A DNA stretch of 64,000 nucleotides. Origin: Mizuhopecten yessoensis (taxonomy: Eukaryota). This document shows, piece by piece, positions 60,071-64,000 of this stretch (positions are counted from its first letter, which is position 1; every line of letters starts with the position of its first letter). Under the pieces are notes generated by a model that was not told the DNA's origin, ran no database searches, and saw nothing but the letters and a program-made list of their open reading frames with translations. Position numbers and translations under genes: made by a program. The DNA lies in assembly GCF_002113885.1 (NCBI RefSeq), contig NW_018407853.1, positions 1,207,113 through 1,271,112 of the forward strand, in the 5' to 3' direction.

Positions 60071-61705
60071 TAGAAGCTCTTTTTAACTGATTTTTCCAAA
60101 GTTATTATATTTTGAGGGGCCTGAGGGTTGGGGCCCAATAGAGAACACATAGCAAATTTTTTAAAATCTTTCTGCTTCTGTAGGAATGAAAGGATTTGTT
60201 TCATATTTTGTCTGAAGCATCATTGGGTGAAGGGGAACCAATTTTTCATAAACCGTGGGTCTGGCCCCTGAGGGGCCTGATGGGTGGAGCCCAATAGGGG
60301 AAACATAGCAAATTCTTAGAAGCTCTTTTTAACTGATTTTTCCAAAGTTATTATATTTTGAGGGGCCTGAGGGTTGGGGCCCAATAGAGAACAGATAGCA
60401 AATTCTTTAAAATCCTTCTTCTTCTGTAGGAATGAAAGGATTTGTTTCATATTTTGTCTGAAGCATCATTGGGTGAAGGGGAACCAATTTTGTATAAACC
60501 GTGGGTCTGGACCCACAGGGGCCTGAGTGTCGGGGCCAAAAGTGGGCAATTGGGCTATATTGATTTAAGCAACTTCATCTCTGGAACTAAGAGATGGATA
60601 TCAACCATATTAAACTGGAAGCATCCCTCGGTAGTGGAGATTCAAAATTGTACAAATGGTTGGGCTGACCCCCCAGGGGGCTGAGTGGTGGGGCCAAAAG
60701 GGGGCAATTCGGCTATATTGCTACAAACGACTTCTGTAGAATTATGCACTGGATATCAACCATATTTCACTGGAAGCATTCCTAGGTGATGGGGATTCAA
60801 AATTGTACAAAATGGTTGGGCTGACCCCCCAGGGGACTGAGGGAGGAGGCCAAAAGGGGTCAATTTGGCTATATTGCTATAAACGACTTATGTTGTAGAA
60901 TTATGCCATGGATATCGATCATATTTGGTCAGAAGCGTTCATGGGAGACAGGGATTTAAAATTGTACAAATGGTGGGGCTGACCCCCGGGCTAAGGGGTG
61001 GGGCCAAAATTTTTTTTACTTGGAAATGGTTGAGATCCCCAGAGTATAACCATGCACATTTGCGTCCAGGATGGCCTAGGGTCTGGCCTGGTGACTCTTT
61101 GAGACATAGTCCCTGGGTCATAACTTTGAAACGGTTGAGATCCACACCCCAGAACTATATATACAAATACTTGGCATAAAGAGACAAAAGTAGTTATGGT
61201 ATTATAATAGACCTTGGGGTCTGACCGAACCCCAGGGACCTAGTCACAGCTTGAAAACAGTTGAGATCCCTATAACCATGCATCTATACAATTGCTGAAT
61301 ATAAAGAGATGAATGCACATATGCTTCCAGGATGGCCTTGGGGTCTGCCCCACCCTTGGAGACTTAACCCCTGGGTCATAACTTCGAAACTGTTAAGATC
61401 CCCACCCCAAACTATAAAAACAAATGCTGGACAAAAAGAGACGAATGCAGTCATGATATTAGAATTGACCCTGGGGTCTGGCCACAACCCTAGGGATCTA
61501 GTTTCTGAGTCACAGCTTGGAAACAGTTGAGATCCCCACCCCATAACCATGCATTAAATTGCTGGACATGAAAAATCTAATAAAGACATACTACAAGAAT
61601 TGGCATTGGGGTCTGGCATATTCCCTTGGATCTCATTTGGAGAATATTTTGCCATGATTGCTTAGATATTCAGGTGAGCGATACAGGCCCTCTGGGCCTT
61701 TTGTT
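60071..61705 (+). mobile_element. HINE-like element, right part with several internal tandem repeat families
   Basis: 246-bp direct duplication (60071 vs 60317), GGGGCCTGAGGG..GGGCCAAAA units and ACAGTTGAGATCCC units. Typical end CAGGTGAGCGATACAGGCCCTCTGGGCCTTTTGTT (61671-61705). Confidence 0.75.
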
Positions 61706-61855
61706 TTCATTTACTTTATGATAGTTTGCCAGCCATTAGGGGGGGAAATTTGGACATACCATTTCAAAACAACAGATATTTTTTTCTTATCAGTGACAAT
61801 TAATGTATTTGTTTTGACTCCTAATGTTTTTACTTATTATTTTTTCACTTCTTAG

Positions 61856-62048
61856 TCATCCAATGTGTCCAATGCTGCATTCCTGCCCAAGAAGATGATA
61901 CACCCGATTGCAAGCCTGGTGAATCCCCATGCTCAGCTGGCCGCACAGGAAGCAGAGCAAGCAGAACAAGAATATGTTGCTGCCCGGGAAAACATGGCGT
62001 CGTCAATGAGGGTGCTGTCTGGGAGCAAGTCTCGACAGCAGCAGCATG
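61856..62048 (+). CDS. Uncharacterized multi-exon protein, coding exon 7 (donor position uncertain, 62048 or 62050)
   Basis: Long pyrimidine tract + CTTAG; SSNVSNAAFLPKKMIHPIASLVNPHAQLAAQEAEQAEQEYVAARENMASSMRVLSGSKSRQQQH; phase 0 start. The gene probably continues beyond the window. Confidence 0.75.
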
Positions 62049-62648
62049 GTGTGTGTCATCTTACAAAACAGTGTTGTTTACAAACACCAGTACGCTAATA
62101 TATAAATGATAACCTGTTAGGATATTACTTAAGGATATATGCTACGTTTCTAAAACATGCATCAATCATTTTCAAAAGAGTTCCACTCTAAGTAACAAAA
62201 CTCCAAAACATCTTTCCTGAACAAATCAGTCAAAGTTTGAATCGCGAGATAGTGCCAGGGGAGGTAGCTCTTATTGCACACAGAATATTTTGATATGTTC
62301 AAGAGTTTGACATACCAATGAAATATATATAATATTTAATTGGAAGCTATTAAATGTTCTCTTTGTTACATGGCCCCAAATGTCAGGAAATTGCTGTCAA
62401 CTACTCAAAACAGATATGTTCCAGCATTTGATTTTGACAATAATTATATTTCATTTGTGAAAATGAAATGTTTTGTTTTAATTGTACTTGAAGAGAAGAC
62501 TACACGTAATATGAAAAGTGTGGTCTTAGTGTTGATAACCAAGATGTTTTTTCTTTCTCTATTCCTATATTGCAAGGCACTTATTAGTGATAATTTGTAC
62601 AATAATGATACAGTGTGATTTTCAAAAAAAGGATATTGATGTTGTCTT

Positions 62649-63000
62649 AGAAGGCACAGTGGTCCAGTGGTAGGACGCTTGGCATGTGACTGAAGGGTTG
62701 CGGGTTTGCCCCACGGCATGGCAATGTGTTGTATCTTTGAGCAAGATCAATACTCCGCTTGTTCCAGTCTACTCAGATGCAAATGAGTATGTGGTTGGGC
62801 AGTGCTAGAATTATAGAATGCTAGCTGTGAGCGCCGAAATGGCAGCTCCGGGTGTATGCTCTCCAGGGAGTTGAGAAAAGTATTGGCTGGTTGCAAAGGC
62901 CCTATAACCACGGACAATAATTTGTGAACCGCTTTGAGGCGACCTACGAACTAGGTTGTGATAAAGCGGTATAGAATAACCTCAAATTATTATTATTATT
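62649..63000 (+). mobile_element. tRNA-derived CORE-type SINE with L2/CR1-type tail
   Basis: Head GGCACAGTGGTCCAGTGGTAGGACGC...GCGGGTTTG; CORE-like TGTATCTTTGAGCAAGAT...CTCAGATGCAAATGAGTA; tail TGTGAACCGCTTTGAG...AAAGCGGTATAGAA(TTA)n; TTGTCTT on both flanks. Confidence 0.75.
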
Positions 63001-64000
63001 TGTCTTCTTTGTTACTTAAGTGGACAGAATGTCTGTTGTAGAATTTTCTGCTGTTGACTCAAAGATCATGGAAAACTGAGGGTTTTATTCTCTTCATGAC
63101 ATCAATGTGAAAATGTCCTATCATAGAACCAGACACTTTATTGTGATTGATCCTGTCTACTCAGCTGTTGATTGGGTATCCCAAGTTTGTTGGGAAGTAA
63201 AACACTTATTGTATGTATCTAATAAAAATTGATGTCCTACATCTGAGACAAAAAGGTTTTACAAGGCAGAGTGATATGGCTTAGAAGGTCCTTAACTCTA
63301 TATTGATTTATTTATTTATTGTTTTGTTATTGTCTGTGAAGGTCCGTTACGTTTATATTTCCTGTGTATCAGTTGAAGGTCATCAACACAGTAACGGTTT
63401 ACCGATATTTAGGCCGACAACGGGGAGTCCAAAGATTGAGAACTGGAAATCCTTCAACAAAGACTGGACATATGGGCAGGACATATTAAGTAGGTGTTGC
63501 TTACATCGTATTCATAAATTTAATCATTTAAGAAAAAAATATTTGTGAAAATACTATTTAAGATTTTACAGATCTTCAACGTATGTTTTGATTAGTTGAT
63601 TTAATGTAACAGGAATGTTTTTGATAATTTTGATTTAATATTTGCCTTAGAATAGAATGGGGTGTGTGAGACTATTGCCCTGACAAGGTACATTGTATAT
63701 ATTTGTAAGTCACTGCTGTAGGCCCTGTGTTAAATGCCACCTCTGGTGTAAGTGTGTATAGGTCCCAGAGCATATTTAAATATGATGCCACGACAATAAT
63801 GAAGTCTCTTTTAGAGGCTGCATGGTTTTTCTACAGAACAGAACCTTTATCTCAGAAGAAAATCTGCTGTGGCAGTGTTCCGATATAAAAAACTAAAGCG
63901 TAATTAATTTCACTCTTCAGGGTAGTGACTTTGTTAACCATATATCTAGAACCAGGATTAACATTGCGCTGTGGCAGAGAATACAATAATGACAGAAGAT

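Noticed and set aside
63921-63989. Possible terminal exon after CTCTTCAG (GSDFVNHISRTRINIALWQRIQ*)
   Set aside because: It works only with the alternative phase-0 donor at 62051 and gives an immediate stop with the phase-1 donor; unsupported without transcripts.

Overview
AT-rich, repeat-dense eukaryotic DNA with GT-AG introns. The repeat types (V/CORE/Meta-type tRNA-SINEs, Helentron-associated HINE/pearl-like elements, tRNA-derived tandem units, frequent TACATGTA) suggest a bivalve mollusc, probably oyster-like (inference). The left half holds a cluster of chitin-deacetylase-like (CE4/NodB fold) genes with intronless coding regions. One has the intact Asp-His-His metal triad (26134-27300, +). 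Two recent duplicates have lost all three metal ligands but keep full ORFs (8532-9740 and 22143-23351, -). There is also a frameshifted pseudogene (~2560-3367, -) and an inverted 200-bp fragment (19934-20134, +). All three intact proteins are predicted type-I membrane proteins with Tyr motifs in short cytosolic tails (YEEI, NEEI after loss of the Tyr, and STYALL), which suggests an enzyme/decoy or receptor-like chitin-handling system. The right half (~33.5 kb to the end) holds the 5' part of a large multi-exon + strand gene of unknown function (seven phase-compatible coding exons, ~395 aa so far). The rest is decayed LINEs (I/Nimb, L1/Tx1), SINEs, MITEs, HINEs and at least seven minisatellite families, which explain most of the long repetitive ORFs.
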